The notes: generated from the letters alone by a model not told the origin. DNA of 61,582 bases from Oscillospiraceae bacterium (GCA_031281195.1 JAITFS010000243.1:1-61582); one strand, 5' to 3'; numbered from the stretch's first letter, positions 10,154 through 19,555 are shown. A program made the numbers and translations.

Positions 10154-11107
10154 TTATTTTTTTATCAACTTCTTTAACAACTTCGGTAAAAATGTTATTA
10201 TTTGCCCTATTTTATATTCTATTGTGCTTCTATACTCCCATGTTTTTATGATTGTTTTGTTTCTCCGTTTATTCAATGTATACATTGAATGGTCATAATG
10301 ATAAGGACTTTTCAATGCAACACGATACCATAATACGAATAACAAAACTCTGTCATCGCTGGTGTTCCAAGGTTTCTTTTTATCTAAATAGTGTATTATT
10401 ACTGGTTTTTTTGATACATCTTCAACTTTATCTAATAGAGATATTTTTTCTATCTTATTCTTAGCCATTGAATAACTAAAAAACATATTATATTTTAAAG
10501 GTAAAAATAGTATACGGTCATAACAGACTATATTCAAGATATCTTGATCTACATATCTATAACCTTTAGTAATTAATTCCAGAAACTTTGGAGTAAGATT
10601 TTCATCTCGTATTATCTTAAGATTAATTATCATCACTCCTGAGTTTATGTACTGATCCGATGAAGGTAATTCTAGCTCTTTATATCTTTTTTTATCAAGT
10701 AATTCTTCTTTAACACCCGCTATTATATTATTGCCAATGTCTATACTCCACAAACTTGCTAAATCAGTACATACCATAACGTCAACATCAAGGTATAGAC
10801 ACTTGTCCAACATAGGTAATAGTTCTGGTATTAGTAAACGAAAATATGCTTCTCTAGGATAATAATCATTTATAGCTGCAGTATCTAATCTATCACCAAT
10901 AATAACAAACTCAATCTTAGTGTCATGATATTGTTCTACTAATTTATCAAATTTTTCAACAACTTCAAAGGGCATACATGAGCGTACTAAAAAATAAAAA
11001 GCATACTGTGTGTTTTCCGCTTTTGAACGTAATGCTGAGTAAGCTGTTACACAAGCAGGCATTGCATAGTTTTCATCAAAAGACATAACGATTGGTATTC
11101 TGCTCAT
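10154..11107 (-). CDS. GT8-family glycosyltransferase, paralogue 6
   Basis: IPIVMSFDENYAMPACV, DVD, NSGVMIINL, DQDILN, HYLDKKKPW. Confidence 0.8.
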   Translation of the reverse strand: MSRIPIVMSFDENYAMPACVTAYSALRSKAENTQYAFYFLVRSCMPFEVVEKFDKLVEQYHDTKIEFVIIGDRLDTAAINDYYPREAYFRLLIPELLPMLDKCLYLDVDVMVCTDLASLWSIDIGNNIIAGVKEELLDKKRYKELELPSSDQYINSGVMIINLKIIRDENLTPKFLELITKGYRYVDQDILNIVCYDRILFLPLKYNMFFSYSMAKNKIEKISLLDKVEDVSKKPVIIHYLDKKKPWNTSDDRVLLFVLWYRVALKSPYHYDHSMYTLNKRRNKTIIKTWEYRSTIEYKIGQIITFLPKLLKKLIKK

Positions 11108-12069
11108 TTTAATCCTTTAAATAACTTCATTAATACTCTTGGTATAAAAGTAATTATACTTCCAATTTTATAAGACAATGTATTTCTAGCATCACTCGCT
11201 GTTTGTATTAATGTGTTATCATGACGACCAATTAGTATATTTTGAGCAATATGGTCGTATTGATATGGACTCTCAAGTGCTGCTTGATACCACAAATGTA
11301 ATAAAAAAGCGTAATCATCATGTATATTCCATGGTTTTTCTCTGCCTATATAATGGATTATTACAGGATTACTTATCGCGTCTTCAATTTCACTTTGTAA
11401 GTAATTAGTTTTTAGCAATTTGTTATTTGTGATTTCACATAATGGTATATTATACTTTAAAGGAAGGTATTTAATACGTTTATTACATTCTTTGTTTAAT
11501 ATATCTTGGTCATGGTATTCGTAACCTTGTGTAACAAGTTTTAGAAATCTTGATGTTAGGTTCTCGTCTCTAATAGCTTTAAGATTAAATATCAATACTC
11601 CTGCGCTTATATATTGATCCGGTGAAGAGATTCCAACTGCTCTATATCGTTTTTTACCACATTCTTTATTTTTCACACCGGCTAATAAGTTATTTCCTAT
11701 TTCATAATTCCATAGCTCTGTTAAATCATCACAAATAATTAAATCAACATCAAGATATAAGCATTTATCTAATTTAGGGAATAGCTCAGGTATCAATAAG
11801 CGGTAATATGATTCTTTTGATATATGTCTGCTGATAAATGCATCATCTAATCTTTCTCCAACTATAGCAAACTCAATCTCAGTACCGGGATACAGTTCAA
11901 CAAATTTATCAAATTTTTCAATCACATCAATTGGCATACTAGTACGTACCAAAAAATAGAAAGCATATAGTGTTTTCTCTTTTTTTGACCTTAAAGCAGA
12001 ATACACAGTAACGCATGCCGGCATTGCATATTTTTCATCAAAAGCCATAACAATTGGTATTATGCCCAT
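11104..12069 (-). CDS. GT8-family glycosyltransferase, paralogue 7 (first gene of the array)
   Basis: IPIVMAFDEKYAMPACV, DVD, DQDILN, HYIGREKPW. Start set at MGIIPIV (12067-12069) because the longer track ORF would begin upstream of the predicted promoter and transcription start. Confidence 0.75.
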   Translation of the reverse strand: MGIIPIVMAFDEKYAMPACVTVYSALRSKKEKTLYAFYFLVRTSMPIDVIEKFDKFVELYPGTEIEFAIVGERLDDAFISRHISKESYYRLLIPELFPKLDKCLYLDVDLIICDDLTELWNYEIGNNLLAGVKNKECGKKRYRAVGISSPDQYISAGVLIFNLKAIRDENLTSRFLKLVTQGYEYHDQDILNKECNKRIKYLPLKYNIPLCEITNNKLLKTNYLQSEIEDAISNPVIIHYIGREKPWNIHDDYAFLLHLWYQAALESPYQYDHIAQNILIGRHDNTLIQTASDARNTLSYKIGSIITFIPRVLMKLFKGLK

Positions 12070-12088
12070 AAAACTTTCCATTTCACAA

Positions 12089-12117
12089 TAGACTTTATCA
12101 GAGTATAGCATTATAAT
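12089..12117 (+). promoter_or_regulatory. Candidate promoter of the plus-strand GT2/ABC operon: -35 TAGACT (12089-12094), 17 nt, -10 TATAAT (12112-12117)
   Basis: Read directly. It sits 45 nt upstream of the TTG start at 12163. Confidence 0.4.
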
Positions 12118-12131
12118 GTAATTTGTGTCAA
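12102..12131 (-). promoter_or_regulatory. Candidate promoter of the GT8 operon: -35 TTGACA (complement of 12126-12131), 18-nt spacer, extended -10 TGcTATACT (complement of 12102-12110)
   Basis: Read directly on the reverse complement. It interdigitates with the plus-strand promoter. Confidence 0.5.
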
Positions 12132-12162
12132 TGTCATAAAACTAATATCGGTAGGTGATAAA

Positions 12163-13212
12163 TTGAAAAAAGAATGGAATAGTGTTTTGAGTAATCAAAT
12201 CAGTTTTAGTATAATTGTTCCAGTGTATAATACTGAGAAATATATTGAGCAGTGCATTAACAGTGTACTTTCACAACGATATAGTAATTATGAATTAATT
12301 CTGATTGATGATGGTTCTACAGATCAATCTGGTAATATTTGTAAAAAATATAGTAATAAAAATAACAATATTCATTATCACTATAAAAATAACGGTGGAC
12401 CCTCCAGTGCTCGTAATGTTGGTCTTGATAACGCTACCGGTGATTATATCCTATTTCTTGACAGTGATGATAGGATGTATGAAGAACTCCTTATAAATTT
12501 GAATGATATTGTGGCAAAAGATAAATACGATATTTACTTAGGTTCATATACAAATTACAGTGAGTATCATAATCAATATGATCAAAACAACCTGTCTTAC
12601 AGTAGTGATATATATATATATGGTACTCCTCAAGATGTTTTACACAATATTTTCTTTAACAATAGTGTCTTTTTTTCTATATGGCGTTATGTTTTTAAAA
12701 AAAGCTTAATAAAACAAAATAATATTGTTTTTGATGAGACACTCTATTGTGCAGAAGATGGTGATTTCATAATTAATAATCTACTATCTGCAAAATCATT
12801 CGGAGTAGCAGATATACCCTTTTGTTATTATTCAACCGGACGAACTGGTTCAATAATAACTACAAATAGTTTGCGAGCAATCAAAAGTCTACTCGAATTT
12901 ACTCCTAAGTGGTATTTGTATTTTCATGAGATATATTTAACAACTTATAGTGATAAGTCACTAGATTTGATTGTATATTTTGCAAATTATTTTCTTGATA
13001 CAATTATATCTTCCGGGAGTTTAGAAAGAAAAGATAGAAAAAAGTTGAAAAATACTGTTAAGCTTAATAGTTTTATGTTAAAAAATGTTAAAGGTAACAG
13101 AACATCAATCTTTATATGCAGAATATTAGGATATGTAAATTCCTCTTATATACTATATAATATTGATAGAATAGGTTCTAAAATAATCAGAAACATAAGA
13201 AGATTAATATAG
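12163..13212 (+). CDS. GT2-family glycosyltransferase (paralogue A)
   Basis: FSIIVPVYNTEKYIEQCINSVLSQ, ELILIDDGSTDQSG, GGPSSARNVGLDNATGDYILFLDSDD. TTG start with AGGTGA SD. Confidence 0.85.
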   Translation: MKKEWNSVLSNQISFSIIVPVYNTEKYIEQCINSVLSQRYSNYELILIDDGSTDQSGNICKKYSNKNNNIHYHYKNNGGPSSARNVGLDNATGDYILFLDSDDRMYEELLINLNDIVAKDKYDIYLGSYTNYSEYHNQYDQNNLSYSSDIYIYGTPQDVLHNIFFNNSVFFSIWRYVFKKSLIKQNNIVFDETLYCAEDGDFIINNLLSAKSFGVADIPFCYYSTGRTGSIITTNSLRAIKSLLEFTPKWYLYFHEIYLTTYSDKSLDLIVYFANYFLDTIISSGSLERKDRKKLKNTVKLNSFMLKNVKGNRTSIFICRILGYVNSSYILYNIDRIGSKIIRNIRRLI

Positions 13213-13251
13213 AAAATACTACAATTTAGTTTATGCAATTGGAGATTCGAC

Positions 13252-14901
13252 GTGAAAGCTTTAAAAATCGGTATCTTAATACGTGATATAGATAAACTAG
13301 ATAATTGGGAGTATAGAATTCTTAAACATATTATAGAACATCCAAATCTAGAGTTATCATTATTTATAAAAGATGGACGAGATAAAAAACGTTCTTTTAA
13401 GACTCGTGTAAGAAACGATTTGTTCACAATTAAAGTATTTGCTAATGCATTATGGAAAATACAAATGAAGCTTGAGTCAACTATATATAGAAAAAAGCTA
13501 ACCGTTAATGCTGATGAAATAATAGAAAAGACAAAAAGCATAGAAACAATTTATCTTTTTCCTGAACGAAAAGGATTCTTGGATATTTTTTCAAAGGACG
13601 ATGCAGAAATTGTTAATGAGTATAATCTTGATATAATTCTGCGACACGAGTTTGGTATAATACGTGGAGATATCTTACATGCTTCAAAATACGGTATTTG
13701 GAGCTACCACCACGCTGACAATGCGATAAACCGTGGACTCCCTGCTGGTTTCTGGGAAATTGTAAATAATGAACCATGCTGTGGTGTTACACTTCAACAA
13801 TTAACTCCTGAGCTTGACGGAGGGCTGATCATAGACAAAGCCTGGTTTAATTGGCACTGGGCATTTACAAAAAATAATAACATGTTGCTTGAAAAATCTG
13901 TTGTGCTGCTATTTAAAAATATTGATATGTTACTTAAACACGGAAAAATAGAAATAATAAAATCATTGACATATTACAATAAACTCTATAAAAAACCAAA
14001 TCTGAAATATATGATATTTTATATGCTTAAGTTTTACTATAATACATTAAAACATATAGTTAACTCATTATTACCGTCAAAAGCTATGGGTCGGTGGACA
14101 TTGTTTTTTGGAAAAGGAATCTTTCTTGAATCTGTTTTGTTTAGATTAAAACCAGTTTTAATACCAAAAAAAGTATTTTGGGCAGACCCATTTTTATATG
14201 AATATGATAATCAGCTTTATGTGTTTTTTGAAAATTTCTCATATAAAACAAAAAGAGGTAAAATCTCAGTTGGTAAGGTTGTAGAGAGTAATAAAAATAA
14301 CTATTCGGTAGTTGATATTCAAGATGTTCTTGATTTTGATTACCATTTATCTTATCCACAAGTTGTAAATGAAGATGGTCAGATATTCCTAATACCTGAA
14401 ACAAACCAAAACAAACGACTTGAAGTATATCAATGTTTAAGCTTTCCCGATAAATGGGAACTATATTCTACAGCGTTTGAAGGAGAAAAAGTAGTTGATA
14501 CAACTTATTTTTGTGATAAAAACAATGATAGATGGCTATTTATTAATAAAGGTTGGGCAGATGAGGCTGAATTACATATATATAAAATCGATAATTTAAA
14601 ACTTAATAGTATAATACCACATGAACAAAATCCTGTTCTTATAGATTGTAGAAAAGGTAGAAATGGTGGAGAGATTTTTAAGTATGACAATGAGTATTAT
14701 CGACCCAGTCAAATAATCACCCATGGTATATATGGAAAAGGTTTGCAAATTAATAAAATAAAAAAATTAACACTATGGGATTTTGAAGATGAACCGGTAA
14801 TAACTATCGAACCCAATTTTTCAAAAAAATTAATGGGTATGCACCACTTACATCAATATGGCAATAATTTCACTTTTGACGCTAATTTTAAGAGACTATG
14901 A
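13252..14901 (+). CDS. Two-domain protein: N-terminal formyltransferase-fold-like domain plus a C-terminal beta-rich domain (possibly GINT1-N-like); function unknown
   Basis: GIWSYHHADNAINRGLPAGFWEIVNNEPCCGVTLQQLTPELDGGLIID matches the H..(x)RG..P..W...G....G.T.....LD.G pattern of the Fmt/PurN fold, but without the canonical N-x-H-x-SLLP. The C-terminal half begins FWADPFLYEYDNQLYVFFENFSY. GTG start with GGAGA SD. Confidence 0.45.
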   Translation: MKALKIGILIRDIDKLDNWEYRILKHIIEHPNLELSLFIKDGRDKKRSFKTRVRNDLFTIKVFANALWKIQMKLESTIYRKKLTVNADEIIEKTKSIETIYLFPERKGFLDIFSKDDAEIVNEYNLDIILRHEFGIIRGDILHASKYGIWSYHHADNAINRGLPAGFWEIVNNEPCCGVTLQQLTPELDGGLIIDKAWFNWHWAFTKNNNMLLEKSVVLLFKNIDMLLKHGKIEIIKSLTYYNKLYKKPNLKYMIFYMLKFYYNTLKHIVNSLLPSKAMGRWTLFFGKGIFLESVLFRLKPVLIPKKVFWADPFLYEYDNQLYVFFENFSYKTKRGKISVGKVVESNKNNYSVVDIQDVLDFDYHLSYPQVVNEDGQIFLIPETNQNKRLEVYQCLSFPDKWELYSTAFEGEKVVDTTYFCDKNNDRWLFINKGWADEAELHIYKIDNLKLNSIIPHEQNPVLIDCRKGRNGGEIFKYDNEYYRPSQIITHGIYGKGLQINKIKKLTLWDFEDEPVITIEPNFSKKLMGMHHLHQYGNNFTFDANFKRL

Positions 14902-14916
14902 AAGGAATACGTATAA

Positions 14917-15945
14917 TTGAACCAACAAATTAAATTCAGTATAATTGTACCGGTTTACAACACTCAAAAATATATTAAGCGATGTATTCAAAGTGTAATA
15001 TCACAACAATACGATAACTATGAGCTAATATTAATAAATGATGGTTCAATAGATGATTCTGGTATTATCTGTGAACAATATTCTAGCAAATACGACAATA
15101 TTACATACTTTTTCAAAGATAATGGTGGTCCTGCTAGTGCTCGTAATGTTGGTCTGGATAACGCCACCGGAGATTATCTCTTATTCCTTGACAGTGATGA
15201 TCGAATGTGTGAAGATTTACTTTATAAATTAAATGATATAATCTCTGAAGAGAAGTGTGATATTTACTTTGGTATGTCAATATATTATTATGAACATAAT
15301 AATATGCTTGTACCGGACAAACAAAATTATAACAACGAGATATTAAAAAATGGTTCATCTATTGATGTTTTGCATGACATTCTACACCATAACATTTTAT
15401 TTTTATCTGTTTGGCGACACACATTTAAACGAAACTTTATTGAAGAGAATAATATAAGATTTGATGAAACACTCATTGGTCCAGAAGATGGTGACTTTGT
15501 AATTAACACTACATTATCAGCAAAAACTTATGGTTCTGCTATGATACCATTTTGTTATTACACCGATCAAAGAGAGAACTCGATAGTTTCGTTACAAAGG
15601 TATGTTACAATAAAAAGTTATTTCTTACTATCAATCAAATGGTATTTATATGTTAAGAAATTACAACCGGTTACTAACAATGACAGTTCTCTTTACCTAA
15701 TAAGTTACTTCGCGAATTCCTTTCTAGATGCTATCGCATCCTCGGGACGTTTAAAAAAAGTAGATAGAGAGAAGTTAAAAGAGCTTATCATTGAGCATGA
15801 GTTTATTATGAAAGATGTAAAAGGGATTAATAAAAAAGTATCGCTTTCTATTTATAGAACTCTCAGATACATTAACGCAGCACCAATTCTCAGATTTTTA
15901 TATAGAGTTAATTCAAAGATAAAAAACACATTTAAGAAAACATAA
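14917..15945 (+). CDS. GT2-family glycosyltransferase (paralogue B of 12163..13212)
   Basis: FSIIVPVYNTQKYIKRCIQSVISQ, ELILINDGSIDDSG, GGPASARNVGLDNATGDYLLFLDSDD. TTG start. Confidence 0.85.
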   Translation: MNQQIKFSIIVPVYNTQKYIKRCIQSVISQQYDNYELILINDGSIDDSGIICEQYSSKYDNITYFFKDNGGPASARNVGLDNATGDYLLFLDSDDRMCEDLLYKLNDIISEEKCDIYFGMSIYYYEHNNMLVPDKQNYNNEILKNGSSIDVLHDILHHNILFLSVWRHTFKRNFIEENNIRFDETLIGPEDGDFVINTTLSAKTYGSAMIPFCYYTDQRENSIVSLQRYVTIKSYFLLSIKWYLYVKKLQPVTNNDSSLYLISYFANSFLDAIASSGRLKKVDREKLKELIIEHEFIMKDVKGINKKVSLSIYRTLRYINAAPILRFLYRVNSKIKNTFKKT

Positions 15946-15954
15946 GGTATCTAT

Positions 15955-17679
15955 ATGCAGACATTATTAAAACTAAATCGTATATTTAGCAAAAAAACAA
16001 AAATCAAGCTTTGTATATTGCTTATAGCTATTATTATTGGTGCTGTGTTTGAGATGTTAGCTCTCGCTGTTATATCTCCATTCATTTCAATTATAATGGA
16101 TAGTGATATGATACATACAAATGAATTTACAGATTTAATTTTCAATAGGTTTGGTTTTTCTAACACTAACTCATTTCTCGCTTTTCTTGCTTTTATACTC
16201 GTATTTATATATGCCATTCGTAGTATATACCTATATTTATTAACAAAAGTGCAATCATTTTTTATTGCAAGAAGGCAATCTGAACTTTCGGTTATGCTAT
16301 TAGATAAAATTCAGAAATATCCATACTTATATCATGTTGGCAAAAATATTGCTGAGTTACAGCGGATAGTACTTGTTGATGTCCTTGGGGCATCACACTT
16401 AACATCTAGTTTATTACAACTGTTAACGGATTTCTTCATGATATTTTTCATTGTTATTTTTCTGCTCATACTCTCACCAATTATGACATTATGTGTTTTG
16501 CTTTTAGCTGGAATTTGCGTGTTTCTGTACTTTGTTGTATATCGCCGTATAATGGTTAGTCTTGGCAAAAAAAATAGAATCGCTTATATAGAAATGACAA
16601 AAAGTGTCAATCAAGCACTAGGAAGTGTAAAAGAAATAAAAGTACTGCAACGAGAAAGTTATTTTCTTAAAATATTTAAAAAGAATAGTGATATAAATGC
16701 AACAACACATGCAAATAATACATTAATATCATCGATACCAAATTTGATGATTGAAGCAGTGTGCTTTGGTGGTACTTTTTTAATACTCGGGATTTTATTT
16801 ATTACTGGTGTTGATATATCAAGAATAATACCGGAACTAAGTATGTTTGTAATCGCAGCATTTAGATTATTACCTGCGATTGTACGTATAACAGCAAGGT
16901 TTAATAGTATTATATATCAACGACCTGCAGTTGATGGTTTATATAAGACATTATTCGAAGATGATAGCTTTGTATCAACACATAAATATGATATAACACA
17001 GTCAGGTGATATTACAAATGATATAAATATCTATGATATTACCTTTCAATATCCAAATACACTTGAACCTGTATTAAAAGATGTCTCTTTAGTTATACCT
17101 GAGAACAAATCAATAGCATTAATTGGTACAACAGGTGCAGGAAAGACAACACTGGCAGACATAACACTAGGGATTTATTCACCTAGTACAGGATATATTT
17201 CTTACAAAGGTATGTATAGCACTGTAGATGAAAATTGGAGTAGAAGCTTTGGATATATTCCCCAACAAATTTATCTACTGGATGAAACAATACAAGAAAA
17301 TGTAGCATTTGGAATTGATGAAGATGAAATAGATAAAGCAAAAGTGTGGAAAGCCTTAGAGCAAGCTCAAGTAGCTGATTTTGTTCGTTCTTTACCTGAT
17401 GGTTTAAATACCTATGTCGGTGACAGAGGTATACGCTTATCAGGTGGACAACGACAAAGAATCGGTATAGCTCGTGCATTATATGATGATCCACCAATAC
17501 TTATACTTGATGAAGCCACATCATCTCTAGATGATGATACAGAAGCTGCTGTTATGGAAGCTATCACAGGTTTTCATGGTAAAAAAACAATGCTCATCAT
17601 AGCACATCGTTTAAGTACCATAGAGCATTGTGATATTGTTTACAGAGTTGAAGATAAAAAAGTAGTCAGAGAACGATAA
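15955..17679 (+). CDS. Fused TMD-NBD ABC exporter, PglK/WlaB/MsbA-like (candidate lipid-linked glycan flippase/exporter)
   Basis: Six N-terminal TM helices. Walker A GTTGAGKTT, signature LSGGQRQRIGIARAL, Walker B ILILDEATSSLD, H-loop IIAHRL. The N-terminal layout (K-rich start, ..FEMLALAVISPFISIIMD.., ..AAFRLLPAIVRI..) parallels PglK as I remember it. Confidence 0.8.
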   Translation: MQTLLKLNRIFSKKTKIKLCILLIAIIIGAVFEMLALAVISPFISIIMDSDMIHTNEFTDLIFNRFGFSNTNSFLAFLAFILVFIYAIRSIYLYLLTKVQSFFIARRQSELSVMLLDKIQKYPYLYHVGKNIAELQRIVLVDVLGASHLTSSLLQLLTDFFMIFFIVIFLLILSPIMTLCVLLLAGICVFLYFVVYRRIMVSLGKKNRIAYIEMTKSVNQALGSVKEIKVLQRESYFLKIFKKNSDINATTHANNTLISSIPNLMIEAVCFGGTFLILGILFITGVDISRIIPELSMFVIAAFRLLPAIVRITARFNSIIYQRPAVDGLYKTLFEDDSFVSTHKYDITQSGDITNDINIYDITFQYPNTLEPVLKDVSLVIPENKSIALIGTTGAGKTTLADITLGIYSPSTGYISYKGMYSTVDENWSRSFGYIPQQIYLLDETIQENVAFGIDEDEIDKAKVWKALEQAQVADFVRSLPDGLNTYVGDRGIRLSGGQRQRIGIARALYDDPPILILDEATSSLDDDTEAAVMEAITGFHGKKTMLIIAHRLSTIEHCDIVYRVEDKKVVRER

Positions 17680-17708
17680 ACTTCGCACTAATGTCAAATA
17701 TACACCAA

Positions 17709-18830
17709 TTACGATAATAAATCTTTTAAGGCATTTACATAAATAGGAGTATGGTATTTTTCCAAAAACCGTTCTCTTATTCTTTTATCAAATTGTAGAT
17801 ATGGTTTGTTGTTAGCATATTCATTTATAGTTGATATAAACTGCTCTTTAGAATTGCAACGATATACATTATCAAGTCCACCCACATCATATCCTTCTAG
17901 TGCCTCATTTGTGGCAATAATGGGTTTGCCGTACATTAAAGCTTCAGTTGTTTTTAGTTTCATTCCATTACCTATCAATATAGGCATTACAACAACGTCT
18001 GTTTCATAATAATATTTAGACACATCATCAACCGAACCTATAACATGCACATTTGAGCTGTTTAGTTTTTTAGCAAATTTTTCAAAATCTCTACCAACAA
18101 TAGTTAGCTCAGCATCTACATGCGACATTATCTTTTTCACAAACCAGGTAACTCCATGTAGATTGTACGGAAACAATGAACCCACAAAAAGAAGTTGTAG
18201 TTTTCCTGTTTTCTCAATCCTGTTTATTAATCTATTTGCATCAAAACTATCCTCCATAGTTGCAGGTATAAGTAAATCACAATCACGTTCATAGTGCTTT
18301 CTAATACTTAATGCATCACGTTTTCCAAGAGTAATAATTTTATCTGCGTTTTTTACAGCTAATGATTCATTTCGTAAAAATGCGTGCCTAAGCAAAAGTG
18401 TATATGGACGAACACGTATTTGATCTTTGACAAAATCTCCAAAAACTACATGAATGAATAGGACTTGCATTAATTCTTTTGGTAAACGCTCTTGGAGTGT
18501 CCCCATCATAGAAAAATCTATAAAAACAATCTCGCAACCTAGTGTTTTTATATGGTCTAATACATCATTTTCAATACTTTTTGGAAACTGCAATCTATTA
18601 TTTAATGAATTTCTTAATATATCTAACTTACTTCTTCTTGAATAAAATATAGTTGTGTTCTTTTGCTTTGGATAATTTAGTGATTCTTTTTCTTTTGATA
18701 TAATCACTAAATGAATATTATCTTCACCAAAAGCTTCTTGCAATAGTCTATAGTTTTTCCAACATCCAATAGGGCCTCCAGAGTTTAACGGACCAAGAAT
18801 ATCATCAGGTGTTATGTATACTATTTTCAT
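17709..18830 (-). CDS. GT4-family (GT-B) glycosyltransferase
   Basis: MKIVYITPDD start (ATG complement at 18828-18830). The C-terminal half has LLFVGSLFPYNLHG and ...KLKTTEALMYGKPIIATNEALEG. Confidence 0.75.
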   Translation of the reverse strand: MKIVYITPDDILGPLNSGGPIGCWKNYRLLQEAFGEDNIHLVIISKEKESLNYPKQKNTTIFYSRRSKLDILRNSLNNRLQFPKSIENDVLDHIKTLGCEIVFIDFSMMGTLQERLPKELMQVLFIHVVFGDFVKDQIRVRPYTLLLRHAFLRNESLAVKNADKIITLGKRDALSIRKHYERDCDLLIPATMEDSFDANRLINRIEKTGKLQLLFVGSLFPYNLHGVTWFVKKIMSHVDAELTIVGRDFEKFAKKLNSSNVHVIGSVDDVSKYYYETDVVVMPILIGNGMKLKTTEALMYGKPIIATNEALEGYDVGGLDNVYRCNSKEQFISTINEYANNKPYLQFDKRIRERFLEKYHTPIYVNALKDLLS

Positions 18831-18841
18831 ACTTTCTTTAA

Positions 18842-19555
18842 TTACTCCTTTATAAATACACAACAATAATCTTGCGGTAATCGTTTCTTTGTAAAATCAA
18901 TTTTATTAAATAACCATCCAAAAAGTAAAACAATATTCATTAACAAAAAGCCAAATGGACGAAGTAATATAAATCGTGTGGAATAATAAATCATATAAGC
19001 AATCTCTGTTGCAACAAAAGAAGCAAAACCACCTGTTGTTTTAGTAACAGCAATCTTAAATCCTGCATTTTCTGCTAAGTATTGTAATCCGTATGTTGTA
19101 TAACGGTAAAAATCTCTTGGCTGTTCGTGAAGATGATATAAAAATGGAACTGACAGTAATAATACACCACCATTATCTAAGATTCTATACACTTCATCAA
19201 ACGCTTTTTGTGGTTCCTCCAGATGCTCTAAAACACTTGTGCTTAGTGCTGAGTTAAAACTATTGTCTGCTACAGGTATTGAGTAAGCATCCGCAAAAAT
19301 ATCTACATTGTCTTTATTATGAAACATTTCATTATGATCTGCACCAACATGCTCTATGATATAAGGTGCAAACAACTTTTCATAAGGTTTTGTACCACAA
19401 CCTATGTCTATTAAGCGACCACTTGCATACTCTTTTGCATAAGAAGCCAATACTTTAATACTCATATTCCCCGATAACCATGCAGGATGTGTTATTTTTA
19501 TATACCCGTTTTTACTGCGTTTTGATCCTTCTTGAACTTTTTCTTTATTGCTCAT
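18842..19555 (-). CDS. Class I SAM-dependent methyltransferase with C-terminal membrane anchor
   Basis: LIDIGCGTKPY motif I, VLEHLEEP, GGVLLLSVPF. The hydrophobic tail FASFVATEIAYMIYY...LLMNIVLLFGWLF follows. Confidence 0.75.
   Translation of the reverse strand: MSNKEKVQEGSKRSKNGYIKITHPAWLSGNMSIKVLASYAKEYASGRLIDIGCGTKPYEKLFAPYIIEHVGADHNEMFHNKDNVDIFADAYSIPVADNSFNSALSTSVLEHLEEPQKAFDEVYRILDNGGVLLLSVPFLYHLHEQPRDFYRYTTYGLQYLAENAGFKIAVTKTTGGFASFVATEIAYMIYYSTRFILLRPFGFLLMNIVLLFGWLFNKIDFTKKRLPQDYCCVFIKE

Larger units (their letters stand above)
5324..12069 (-). repeat. Tandem array of seven paralogous GT8 gene units, period about 950-1000 bp
   Basis: Seven consecutive same-strand ORFs with a shared motif set. 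Local near-identical DNA tracts link non-equivalent copies (see findings). Confidence 0.9.
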
